Shown piece by piece: positions 30,075 to 39,229 of a DNA stretch of 64,000 bases. Position 1 is the first letter of the stretch. The number at the start of each line of letters is the position of its first letter. Source of the stretch: Thermoanaerobaculia bacterium. GTDB lineage: Bacteria > Acidobacteriota > Thermoanaerobaculia > UBA5066. The stretch is taken from NCBI GenBank assembly GCA_963816185.1, contig CAWFJJ010000024.1, forward strand, positions 256,001-320,000, written 5' to 3'. The notes beneath the pieces were generated by a model. That model was given only the letters and a program-made list of their open reading frames with translations. It ran no database searches and was not told the DNA's origin. Both the position numbers and the translations under genes were made by a program.

Positions 30075-31559
30075 ATGTCTCGGGCTTCTCGGTATCTTGG
30101 CGGCGCGGTCGTCGCCGTTCTTCTCGCATGGGCTCCGGGCGCGCAGGCGGCGAAGAGGCCTGCGAAACCGGCGACGCTCGAGCAGCGCCTGAACGCGCTG
30201 CTCCGGAGGGGCCCGGCACGGCGCAGCGAGATCGGTGTCGTCGTCACGCGGCTCGGCGATCCGGCGCCCCTCGTCTCTCTCAACCCCGAGAAGCCGTTCG
30301 TCCTCGCATCCACGACGAAGCTCTTCACGACGGCCGCGGCGCTCGACCGCTTGGGTTCCGACTACAAGTTCCGGACGCGGCTGTACCGCGATGCCCAGGT
30401 CGGCGCGGACGGCGTCCTCCCGGGGCACCTCGTCGTGGTGGGCGGAGGCGACCCGGGGCTCTCCGGCCGCTGGTACGACGACGATCCGCTCGCGGTCTTC
30501 CGGCCCTGGGCGGCGTCGCTCGTGAACAAGGGGATCCGCTCCGTAAGGGACGGCCTTCTTCTCGACGTATCGTTCTTCGACGACGTGCAGTCGCATCCCG
30601 ACTGGCCGAGCGAGCAGGAGCAGCGGTGGTATCAGGCGCCGGTGTCGGCCCTCTCGTACAACGACAACGTCGTCTTCGTGCGGGCCTCGGGGGGCCTTCG
30701 GCCCGGCAGCCCGGCGCTGATGGGCTTCGACCCGCTGGGACCGCCGCTCCTGAACCTCATCTCGAGGGTCGTCACCGCCGCGCGCCGCACGTGGGTCGGG
30801 GTAAGCCGCGAAGCCGGCAGCCACACGGTCAGGGCTGCGGGGGCCGTCGGGAGGAACCGGACGTGGCTCGGCGACGTCACCGTGCCCGACCCGCCGCTCT
30901 ATTTTTCAGCTGCACTCTCGCAGGTCCTCCGCGAGAGCGGGATCCGCGTCGACGCTCCGCCCACCGTGCAGACCGAGCCCTCCGCCGTGCCGCCTCCCCT
31001 CGCGGGCCGCGTCCTCCTCCACACGCACGAGACGCCCCTCGTGTCCGCCATCGCCGTCTGCAACAAGCGCTCGCAGTCGTTCTTTGCCGAGCAGATCCTG
31101 AAGACGCTCGGTGCCGAGAAGCGCGGCCGCGGCACGTGGGAGACCGGAGAGGCCGAGGTGACCGCGTTCCTCGGGTCTCTCGGGCTCGACGCCTCGCGCT
31201 ATCGGCTCGTGGACGGATCAGGGCGTGCGCGCTCGAACCGCGCCTCCGCGGCGGCTTACGTCGACTTCCTTACGGCTCTCGCGACGCGCTGGCAGCACTT
31301 CGAGACCTGGAAGCCCACGCTCGCCGTCGCCGGTGATCCGGACGGTACGCTTCGCCATCGTCTGCTGGGCCCGGCCACGGCCGGGAAAGTGTGGGCGAAG
31401 ACGGGCTACGTCGACGGCGTCGTGACCCTGTGCGGGTACGTGCAGGCCCGGAGCGGTCAGACCTACGTCTTCAGCATCCTTCTGAACGGGGGGTGCGGCG
31501 ATGCGCGCGGGCACGCGTATCAGGATCGCTTCCTGAACGAGCTCGCGACGTTTGGTTAG
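30075..31559 (+). CDS. dacB: D-alanyl-D-alanine carboxypeptidase/endopeptidase (PBP4, peptidase S13)
   Basis: ASTTK (SxxK), GGGDP, DGSG and AKTG motifs; signal peptide; the SxN motif appears as SQS. Confidence 0.9.
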   Translation: MSRASRYLGGAVVAVLLAWAPGAQAAKRPAKPATLEQRLNALLRRGPARRSEIGVVVTRLGDPAPLVSLNPEKPFVLASTTKLFTTAAALDRLGSDYKFRTRLYRDAQVGADGVLPGHLVVVGGGDPGLSGRWYDDDPLAVFRPWAASLVNKGIRSVRDGLLLDVSFFDDVQSHPDWPSEQEQRWYQAPVSALSYNDNVVFVRASGGLRPGSPALMGFDPLGPPLLNLISRVVTAARRTWVGVSREAGSHTVRAAGAVGRNRTWLGDVTVPDPPLYFSAALSQVLRESGIRVDAPPTVQTEPSAVPPPLAGRVLLHTHETPLVSAIAVCNKRSQSFFAEQILKTLGAEKRGRGTWETGEAEVTAFLGSLGLDASRYRLVDGSGRARSNRASAAAYVDFLTALATRWQHFETWKPTLAVAGDPDGTLRHRLLGPATAGKVWAKTGYVDGVVTLCGYVQARSGQTYVFSILLNGGCGDARGHAYQDRFLNELATFG

Positions 31560-32825
31560 GTGGACTATCGCCTGCTCCTGAAGAACGTCGAGAGGACGCT
31601 CGAGGCCATTGAAGGCGGCGAGGACGTCCTCGCGACGATCGTCCAGGTAGGCGAGGCGATCGTCCGGAATTTCCGGGACGAGCTGGGCATCCTGGGCGGA
31701 CGCCTCTACGTGCGCCACGAGAACCAGTACGTCCTCGAGCGGGGATTCGGCCGTTCGCGGCGCGTTCCCACCGGCATCACAGTTTCCGCCGACTACGGGC
31801 CGATCCGCCGGGCGGAGGAGGACGGCCTGGCGCTTGCCGACCTCGACGACCCGTCGGTGGACCGCGAGCTCGAAGCGCGCCTCGGCGTGTCGCGCTTCGC
31901 GGCGGTCTCCTTCGGCGGGGAGCGCTACCTCCTCTCGTTCGACGTCCATCCGAGGGCGCGCGCGGAGGATCTCCTCCTCGCCCTCGGGATCATCCGGACC
32001 GTCGTCGACTCGAAGGTGCGCACGGAGCGGCTCGAGGGCCTCATGCAGGACGCACGCCGCATCCAGCAGTCGATCCTTCCGCGCGCCGTGCCGCGGGTGG
32101 GAGACTTCGATCTCTACGGGCTCTCCCTTCCCGCCGACGCGGTCGGCGGCGATTTTTACGATTTTCTCCCGCTCGGCGACCTGAGCTTCGGCGCGGCGAT
32201 CGCGGACGCCTCCGGCCACGGCCTCCTCGCGGCGCTTCTCGTTCGAGACATCTACGTCGGCCTGCGCATGGGCATCGGAAGCGACTTCAAGATCGCCCGC
32301 ACGATCGAGCGGCTGAACCGCATCCTGAACAAGAGCCGCCTCACGACGAAGTTCGTCTCGCTCTTCTACGGCGAGTTCGAGACGAACGGCGACGTCGTCT
32401 ACGTGAACGCCGGCCATCCGCCGCCTCTGCATCTGCACGCCGCGAGCGGCTCGTTCAGCGAGCTCGGGTCGACCGGGATGGTCCTGGGGCCCGCGCCCGA
32501 TGCGGTTTACAGCCGCCGCGCGATTCACATGGAGAAAGGCGACGTGGTTCTCCTCCACACGGACGGCGTCCTCGAGGCGCACGACCCGAAAGGGCGCGAG
32601 TTCGGCGCCGCGCGGCTGAAGCGCCTCCTGGCGCAGGCGCGGAGAGAGAGCGCTCGCGAGGTCGTCCAGCGGGTGGTCAACGCGGCGCGCTCGTGGTCGC
32701 ACGGCGCGCCCGCCGAGGACGACATGACGGCGGTGGCAATCCGGCGGGATCCGGGGCGCTCCGGCGAGAGTGCGCGCGTCAGGCTGGAAGCGCCGGCTGG
32801 CGGAACCACGCCGCCGTCCGGCTGA
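31560..32825 (+). CDS. SpoIIE/RsbU-family PP2C phosphatase with GAF-like N-terminus
   Basis: VGGDFYD, IADASGHG, NAGHPPP, HTDGVLE and EDDMT motifs. Confidence 0.9.
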   Translation: MDYRLLLKNVERTLEAIEGGEDVLATIVQVGEAIVRNFRDELGILGGRLYVRHENQYVLERGFGRSRRVPTGITVSADYGPIRRAEEDGLALADLDDPSVDRELEARLGVSRFAAVSFGGERYLLSFDVHPRARAEDLLLALGIIRTVVDSKVRTERLEGLMQDARRIQQSILPRAVPRVGDFDLYGLSLPADAVGGDFYDFLPLGDLSFGAAIADASGHGLLAALLVRDIYVGLRMGIGSDFKIARTIERLNRILNKSRLTTKFVSLFYGEFETNGDVVYVNAGHPPPLHLHAASGSFSELGSTGMVLGPAPDAVYSRRAIHMEKGDVVLLHTDGVLEAHDPKGREFGAARLKRLLAQARRESAREVVQRVVNAARSWSHGAPAEDDMTAVAIRRDPGRSGESARVRLEAPAGGTTPPSG

Positions 32826-33723
32826 GCCCGTCCGGAAGAGGTACGAGGGTCGTCAGGCCGAGAGCCGTGCGGCTTTTCGCCACGTCGAGAACGCTGCGCA
32901 ACTGTTCGCCGCCCTTCGCCGGCCCGTGCCGCGCGGGACGCGACGTCCCGCACGCGGCGGCGACGAGATCGTAGAGACGGTTCACCGAAGTCTCGACGCC
33001 CGTCCCGACGTTGATCACGCCTGCGATCCTTCGCGCGGCAGCCGCGAGGTTGGCCTTGACGACGTCTCCTACGAAGACGAAGTCGCGCGACTGGTCGCCG
33101 CCGCCGTTGATGAGGCACTCCCCGCCTTCGAGGAGCTTCTTCATCCAGATGCCGATGACGCCGGCTTCGCCACGGCCGTCCTGGCGCGGCCCGTACACGT
33201 TCGCAAATCGCAGGGCGGTCACGACGAGAGGCGTTCCGTGCGCGAGACCGAAGAGGTACTTCTCGCCGGCCAGTTTCGCGACGCCGTAGGGGGAGACGGG
33301 ATTCGTGGGGTGATTCTCGTCCGCCGCGAAGCCTCGCGGGTCGCCGTAGATCGCGCCTCCGCTGGACGCGAAGACGATCTGAGCGGTGCCCGCTGCGAGC
33401 GCCGCCTGCGTGAGGCGGATCGTGCCGAGGACGTTGACCTCCGCGTCGAACACGGGATCCTCGACGGACTTCCTCACGTCGATTTGCGCGGCGTAATGGA
33501 GAATCGTATCCACGTGCGCGTCGCGAAGGAGTCCTTCGAGGTCGAAGCGTCGGATGTCACCTTCGACGAACCGGGCTCCTTTCGGGAGGCGGGAACGCTG
33601 GCCCGTCGAGAGATCGTCGAGGATGACGACGTTCTTGCCTTCGGCGAGGAAGGCATCTGCGAGATGGGAGCCGATGAAACCGGCTCCGCCGGTCACGAGG
33701 ACGGAACGAGTCTCGGGCATCAT
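32779..33723 (-). CDS. NAD-dependent epimerase/dehydratase (UDP-glucose 4-epimerase-like)
   Basis: VTGGAGFIGSH, SSGGAIYG, YGVAK and NVYGPRQ motifs. Confidence 0.92.
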   Translation of the reverse strand: MMPETRSVLVTGGAGFIGSHLADAFLAEGKNVVILDDLSTGQRSRLPKGARFVEGDIRRFDLEGLLRDAHVDTILHYAAQIDVRKSVEDPVFDAEVNVLGTIRLTQAALAAGTAQIVFASSGGAIYGDPRGFAADENHPTNPVSPYGVAKLAGEKYLFGLAHGTPLVVTALRFANVYGPRQDGRGEAGVIGIWMKKLLEGGECLINGGGDQSRDFVFVGDVVKANLAAAARRIAGVINVGTGVETSVNRLYDLVAAACGTSRPARHGPAKGGEQLRSVLDVAKSRTALGLTTLVPLPDGLSRTAAWFRQPALPA

Positions 33724-33738
33724 GCGGCGGAGGATAGC

Positions 33739-34515
33739 GTGCCGCACCTCCATCCGCTCCCCGCGTCCTTCTATCGCCGTGACACGGCCCTCGTCGCCCG
33801 GGATCTTCTCGGCTGCCGCCTCGTCCGGCGATTCCCGGGCGGGAAAAGCCGAGCGGTCGTGATCGTCGAAACCGAGGCCTATCTCGGGGAGAAGGACCGC
33901 GCCGCGCACACCTGGAACGGCCGCCGGACGCCCCGCGTCGCCCCCATGTGGGGGCCGGGCGGGCACGCGTACGTCTACTTCGTCTACGGCATGCACTTCT
34001 GCATGAACGTCGTGACGCAAGAGGAAGGGACGCCGGAAGCAGTTCTGCTCAGAGCAGGGATTCCGGAAGAACTCCATTCTTCTGATATGCGGCGGCTGCT
34101 GATGCAGCCGCCGACGGGGCAGAAATCTGCGTCTCGAACGTCCGGAGTCAAGGGCGCGCTACCCGCGCCGCGAAGCGGTCTTCGACCCTTGACACCGGAC
34201 GTTCGAGGAATACGTTCCCCTGCTCGTCGGCCGCAGAGCGGCCGACGAATAGCAGAAATCTCTTCTCTTCTCCTCGCCTCCGGTCCCGCAAAGCTCTGCG
34301 CGTACCTTCAAATCACGGCCGCATTGTCCGGAGCTTCTCTCTCCGGTCCCGAGCTGATGATTTCCCGCGGCCCGCGCGCGCGCTTCGACGTGCTCGTGGG
34401 GCCGCGCGTCGGCGTGGACTACGCGGGAGAGGCCGCCGCGTGGCCGCTGCGCTTCGCGGTCGCGGGCTGCCCGGCCGTGACGCGGCGCGCTCTCCTCGGC
34501 CCCTTCGTGACCTGA
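33739..34515 (+). CDS. mpg: DNA-3-methyladenine glycosylase (AAG/MPG family) with a ~60 aa insertion
   Basis: IVETEAY, YVYFVYGMH, AVLLRA, SGPAKLC and PRVGV motifs. Confidence 0.92.
   Translation: MPHLHPLPASFYRRDTALVARDLLGCRLVRRFPGGKSRAVVIVETEAYLGEKDRAAHTWNGRRTPRVAPMWGPGGHAYVYFVYGMHFCMNVVTQEEGTPEAVLLRAGIPEELHSSDMRRLLMQPPTGQKSASRTSGVKGALPAPRSGLRPLTPDVRGIRSPARRPQSGRRIAEISSLLLASGPAKLCAYLQITAALSGASLSGPELMISRGPRARFDVLVGPRVGVDYAGEAAAWPLRFAVAGCPAVTRRALLGPFVT
34080..34257. repeat. Palindromic REP/MITE-like element inserted in frame in mpg
   Basis: Imperfect terminal inverted repeats (16/20); 10- and 11-bp terminal hairpins; central 21-bp inverted repeat at 34134-34154 / 34186-34206 with 1 mismatch. 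Confidence 0.75.
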
Positions 34516-34516
34516 T

Positions 34517-36226
34517 CTAGAGCGTCTTGAGGTCGGCGAGGGAGGAAGCCGTCACGAGGCAGTTCTTGCCGCTGCGTTTCGCCTGGTAGAGGGCCTGGTC
34601 CGCGCGCTCGATGAGCGAGCGCTTGGTGCCGGCGTCCTCCGGGTAGCAGGAGAGACCGAGCGAGATCGTCATGGCGAGCGCGTGATCGAGCTGAGGGGCG
34701 ACGAAGAGACGTCCGGCCACGCGGTTTCGCAGCCGGTCTGCCACGACCCAGGCCTTCGCGGGCGTCGTTTCCGGAAAAATGAGCGCGAACTCCTCGCCGC
34801 CGTAACGTGCCACCGTGTCCATCTCCCGGACGCCCTTCGTCAGCTCGTCCACGAGCCCGCGGAGCACGAGATCGCCCACCGGGTGCCCCCAGCGGTCGTT
34901 GATCTTCTTGAAGTCGTCGATGTCGAGCATGATGAGCGCGAGCGGCTGCCCGCTGCGTTCGTGGCGGGCGAGCTCACGGGAAAGCGTCTCCTGGAAATAC
35001 CGGTGATTAAACGCTTCGGTGAGCGAATCGCGTACCGACATCTGCCGCGTCGCCTCGTACGCTTTTGCCGATTGGATGGCCGTAACGGCCTGGTTCGCGA
35101 AAATCTCGAGGGCCTGGACGTCCTCGAGGCGCGGGACGAGCCCGCCCCTCGGCTGGTCGACCTGCAGGGTTCCGACGACCTGATCGCCGGCCGTAAGCGG
35201 GACGAAAAGCAGGTCGTCCGGATGCCACGCGCCCGGTGCCGTGCTGCGCCGGCGGCGGTCGATCCGGCCGGAATTGTCGACGGACACGTCGCGGTCGAGG
35301 TGGCTCACGAAGTAGGACTTCGAGATCCGGAAATGCTCGCCGAACCATCGCGCGATCTCCTCACGCGGCACTTTTCGCGGCGGGGCACCCGGCGACGTTT
35401 CGTCGAATCCGACCTGTGCGCGGCGCTCGAAGACGTTCTCGACAGGATCGAACAGGGAAAGCACGACCACGCGATAGCCGAGGCTGCGGTGGACCGCCTG
35501 GACGATGCTCTGTACGAGGAGCTCGAGAGTCAGATGTGCCTTCAGCTCGTTGGAGACGTCGAGAATGCGCTGCAGCATCTCGGCCCGTCCCTGCAGACGT
35601 TCGTTTACGGTCTGCATCTGCCGTCTGAGGTTGCGGTCCTGAAGGGCCAGGGCCACGTGGTCGGACACGACCGAGAGCTCCTGGAGCGTCTGAGGCGTGA
35701 CGAGGGACGGGTCATCCGATTCGGCGATGAGAATGCCGGCAATGAGCGCGGGAGTCTGGAGAGGCAGGAAGACCTGATACGGAAAGCGGGGATTCAGGAC
35801 GAGGTCGCGGTCGGGTCCGCTTGCCACGCGGGGCATGGGTGAGGCCGGCAGGAAAGGCGATTCGAGGTCCTTTTGGGAGGCGAGCCAGTCGAGAAACGGC
35901 TGCCGTTCGAGCGTCACGTCGCCGCCGAAGGAGACGAGCGCCTGCCCGTCAAGATCCTCCTCGTACGAGACCACCGCCAAGGCTCGGATTGGCAGCGCCT
36001 GGCGAAGGGTGTCGAAGAGCCGCGCGAGGATCTCCTCTCCCGGAGCGACGCTGGATACGATCGCGGTGAGCTCGCGGAGCGTCGCGAGCTCGCGGTTCTT
36101 GCGCGACAGCTCGGCGGCGCCGGACCGAGCCCGCGCGAGCTTTCTCGTGACGACGATGACGGCCACGAGAAGACCCACGGCGATCACCGTGAACAGGACC
36201 GGGCGGAAGTCGAGAAGCGACGTCAC
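34517..36226 (-). CDS. Membrane-anchored GAF-GAF diguanylate cyclase
   Basis: N-terminal TM, two GAF-like domains, DIDDFKKIND-GH-GD and RYGGEEF with RxxD I-site (REMD); GTGA coupling. Confidence 0.92.
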   Translation of the reverse strand: MTSLLDFRPVLFTVIAVGLLVAVIVVTRKLARARSGAAELSRKNRELATLRELTAIVSSVAPGEEILARLFDTLRQALPIRALAVVSYEEDLDGQALVSFGGDVTLERQPFLDWLASQKDLESPFLPASPMPRVASGPDRDLVLNPRFPYQVFLPLQTPALIAGILIAESDDPSLVTPQTLQELSVVSDHVALALQDRNLRRQMQTVNERLQGRAEMLQRILDVSNELKAHLTLELLVQSIVQAVHRSLGYRVVVLSLFDPVENVFERRAQVGFDETSPGAPPRKVPREEIARWFGEHFRISKSYFVSHLDRDVSVDNSGRIDRRRRSTAPGAWHPDDLLFVPLTAGDQVVGTLQVDQPRGGLVPRLEDVQALEIFANQAVTAIQSAKAYEATRQMSVRDSLTEAFNHRYFQETLSRELARHERSGQPLALIMLDIDDFKKINDRWGHPVGDLVLRGLVDELTKGVREMDTVARYGGEEFALIFPETTPAKAWVVADRLRNRVAGRLFVAPQLDHALAMTISLGLSCYPEDAGTKRSLIERADQALYQAKRSGKNCLVTASSLADLKTL

Positions 36227-37590
36227 TTGAAGGAAACGACGCCGCTCTTCGTGAGCTTGTGAAATACGCGCATCACTTCGTGCTCGGGAAACGGCGAGAT
36301 GCGGGCGATCGAGCGGACGTCCCACATGCCGTTGATGCGCGAGACGATGAACGCCTCGGACGGCGTGAACGGGAAGGACATGAGCTCCTCCATCGGTCTC
36401 GTGAGGATGGGGACCGCCCCGGCGGGGACCTTCGGAAGAACTTCGGAGCCGGCCGAAGAGTCGGTGGGAGCCGGAACGGGCCTGGCAGCGGGAGCGGACC
36501 CGGCGGAGGTTGCGCCGGGCGGGACAGGCGACGATGGCCGCGTCGCCGAGCCGGACGAGACGCCTGCGGCTGCTGGCCCCGGGGTCCTGACCGCCGGCGT
36601 CGCGGGCAGGGTGGCGGTCCTCACGCGGGGTGCGGTGGCGTCGGAACTGTCGCCGGACGCGCGCCGCGCGGCCGTTTCGCCGGATTCGGGCCGGCGCTTG
36701 AGGAACTGGTTGTACGTGGTCGGCACGGGCGTCCGCAGAGCGGGCGGAGCCAGCACGCCCTCGTCGAGTATCGGCGCCGGCGGCACCCCGTCGGGAATCG
36801 TATGCAGATCGCCGGACATCAGCGGATCGAACGAAGAAGAGTCCTCCTCCACGAGCTCGGCATCCTCGAACACGGGCTCCGACGTCGTCTCCTCCCGTTC
36901 CCCGATGAGCCTCACGTGGCCCGTGAGCATCAAGTCGTACATCAGCTTGGCGACGTGGAAATCGGGGTTGTGCGTCTCGAGTGCGATCTGGTCGATCGCG
37001 CGGTGGCCGTTCGCCGCGCTGAGGATCATTTTGTCGCGCTCTCCGAGATCTTCCTCGACGGGCATGACCACCGACGGAATGACGCGCATGGTGGGGACGC
37101 GCGTCCTGATGCGCTGCCACTCATCGTAGCGGCGCAGGCCCTCCATGACGATGCCCGTGACGTCCGAGGAGATCGGAACCATCGGAAGGGCCGGAATCTC
37201 CCCGTCGATGAACGCGAACGAGCCTTCGGTCCACAGGAAAATGTCGTAGATCGTCTCGGCGGCCTTCAGCCTCACGAGGTCCGCCAGCTCCTCTTCCTTG
37301 ATCGCCCCGATCATGACGAGAATCTTGCCGAGGAGAATCCGGGACTCCTGCTGGACCTCCAGCGCCCGGATGAGCTCCTCCTCGGTGATGAAGCCGAAAC
37401 CGACGAGAAAGCGCCCCAGATGCTCGCGCTCGAGCGTGGATGAAGAGGATGTGACGCGGCCTTTGTTGAAGTAGATCCGTTTCTCGCCAGGCGCCCCCCG
37501 GACGACGAGCGTCCCCGTCTTCAAGCCGGTCGAGAGCCACTGAAGCAGCTCCGACAACTGCATCGTGCGCAGATTTCCTGCGATGGCCAT
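36223..37590 (-). CDS. DUF4388 (PatA-N-like) domain protein
   Basis: GNL-M-L-ELLQWL...KTGTL...G-V and W-EG-F-F pattern; long Pro/Ala/Ser linker. Confidence 0.8.
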   Translation of the reverse strand: MAIAGNLRTMQLSELLQWLSTGLKTGTLVVRGAPGEKRIYFNKGRVTSSSSTLEREHLGRFLVGFGFITEEELIRALEVQQESRILLGKILVMIGAIKEEELADLVRLKAAETIYDIFLWTEGSFAFIDGEIPALPMVPISSDVTGIVMEGLRRYDEWQRIRTRVPTMRVIPSVVMPVEEDLGERDKMILSAANGHRAIDQIALETHNPDFHVAKLMYDLMLTGHVRLIGEREETTSEPVFEDAELVEEDSSSFDPLMSGDLHTIPDGVPPAPILDEGVLAPPALRTPVPTTYNQFLKRRPESGETAARRASGDSSDATAPRVRTATLPATPAVRTPGPAAAGVSSGSATRPSSPVPPGATSAGSAPAARPVPAPTDSSAGSEVLPKVPAGAVPILTRPMEELMSFPFTPSEAFIVSRINGMWDVRSIARISPFPEHEVMRVFHKLTKSGVVSFK

Positions 37591-37631
37591 CCTACGCAAT
37601 TGTAGCGCGTAAGAGCCTGACCCGAGCGGCT

Positions 37632-38819
37632 TTACTCCATCGGAGGGTTATACGACGGAATCCCTGTGACGGCCTGCCCGAGAACGAGCGTGTGGATGTC
37701 GTGCGTGCCCTCGTACGTGAAAACCGACTCGATGTTCGCGAGATGCCGGAAGACCGGATACTCGCCGACGATTCCGTTCGCTCCGAGAATCTCTCGCGCA
37801 AGCTTCGCGCACTCGCGCGCGACCCAGACGTTGTTGCGTTTGACCATCGAGACGTGCTCGGGCTTCATCGTGCCGGCGTCTTTCATCCGGCCCAGCCTGA
37901 GGGCGAGCAGCTGCCCCTTCGTGATCTCCGTGATCATGAACGCGAACTTCGCCTGGACCATCTGATGCGAGGCGATCGGCCGGTCTTTGAACTGCTTGCG
38001 GCTCTTCGCGTAGTCGAGGGCGCATGTGTACGTGGCCATTGCGGAGCCGAGGCCGCCCCAAGCGATACCGTATCGAGCCTGCGTGAGGCAGGAAAGCGGT
38101 CCCTTGAGCCCTTCGACGCCCGGGAGGACGCTCGTTTCGGGCACGCGGACGTCCTCGAAGACGAGCTGCGACGTGACGGAGGCGCGGAGGGACATCTTCA
38201 TGCGGTGCTCGGGTGCCGTGAAGCCCTTCATTCCGCGTTCCACGAGAAATCCGCGCACGGGGCCGTTCACATCGCCGACCTTCGCCCACACGACGGCCAC
38301 GTCGGCGATCGAGCCATTCGTGATCCAGGACTTGGCGCCGTTCAGGACCCAGTCGTTCCCGTCTTTCCTGGCGACCGTGAGCATGCCTGACGGGTTCGAG
38401 CCGAAGTCGGGCTCGGTCAGGCCGAAGCACCCGATGCTCTCGCCCTTCGCGAGACTCGGGATCCAACGATCCTTCTGCTCCTTCGAGCCGTACGTGAAAA
38501 TCGGATACATGACAAGCGAAGACTGGACGGAGACGAACGAGCGGAGCCCGGAGTCGCCTCGCTCGAGCTCCTGCGCCATGAGGCCATAGGCGACGTTGTT
38601 CAGCCCCGGCAGCCCGTACTCGGCCATCGTGGATCCGAAGAGGTTCATCGCCGCCATCTTCGGGACGAGCTCCTTCGGGAAACGGCCCTCGTACGCGCAC
38701 TCCTCGATGATCGGGAGGACGTCTTCGTCCACGAACCCTCGCACGAGATCGCGCACGGCCCGCTCGTCCTCCGAGAACATGTCTTCCAGCCCTAGAAAAT
38801 CGACTCCGGAAAAGCTCAC
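37632..38819 (-). CDS. Acyl-CoA dehydrogenase, glutaryl-CoA dehydrogenase-like
   Basis: ELERGDSGLRSFVSVQSSL, GCFGLTEPDFGS, ILGANG and TYEGTHDIH motifs. Confidence 0.92.
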   Translation of the reverse strand: MSFSGVDFLGLEDMFSEDERAVRDLVRGFVDEDVLPIIEECAYEGRFPKELVPKMAAMNLFGSTMAEYGLPGLNNVAYGLMAQELERGDSGLRSFVSVQSSLVMYPIFTYGSKEQKDRWIPSLAKGESIGCFGLTEPDFGSNPSGMLTVARKDGNDWVLNGAKSWITNGSIADVAVVWAKVGDVNGPVRGFLVERGMKGFTAPEHRMKMSLRASVTSQLVFEDVRVPETSVLPGVEGLKGPLSCLTQARYGIAWGGLGSAMATYTCALDYAKSRKQFKDRPIASHQMVQAKFAFMITEITKGQLLALRLGRMKDAGTMKPEHVSMVKRNNVWVARECAKLAREILGANGIVGEYPVFRHLANIESVFTYEGTHDIHTLVLGQAVTGIPSYNPPME

Positions 38820-38852
38820 AGGTCCTCCAGCGATGGAAGAGTACCGAAGAAT

Positions 38853-38936
38853 TTCTTAGAAGGGTGAACGAGCGCGGTGTACTGGGCGCCGCCTCAACAC
38901 AACACGCGCGACGCTGCTTTCTTAACCTTCTAAGAA
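38853..38936. repeat. Intergenic convergent motif pair in a divergent promoter region
   Basis: GAAGAATTTCTTAGAAGGGTGA ... TTAACCTTCTAAGAAAAGG; 75 bp apart. Confidence 0.85.
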
Positions 38937-38968
38937 AAGGTGCTCTTCGAACAAGTCATAATCGCGAT

Positions 38969-39226
38969 ATGGCGACACCCGCGTGGAAGGTGGCGGCGGA
39001 CCTCTCCGAGGGCTACGTGACCCTCAACCCCGTCACGCTCAAGAAATACGAGAGGCACGAGGTCGAGTCTCTCGCGAAGGAGCTCGAGAAGCTCACACGC
39101 GATCTCCGCTCCCAGATCGTTCCGCAGGACGACGCCGAGGCGAGCCAGACTAAGAACCGCAAGCTCCTCCGCCTTTCGCAGGCGACCGTCGTCCTGAACA
39201 GCTGGCGGATCCGGATGCCGAAATAA
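38969..39226 (+). CDS. Small hypothetical protein
   Basis: 85 aa with normal codon usage; CATAAT 6 nt before the ATG; 3 nt upstream of asnS. Confidence 0.7.
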   Translation: MATPAWKVAADLSEGYVTLNPVTLKKYERHEVESLAKELEKLTRDLRSQIVPQDDAEASQTKNRKLLRLSQATVVLNSWRIRMPK

Positions 39227-39229
39227 AGA

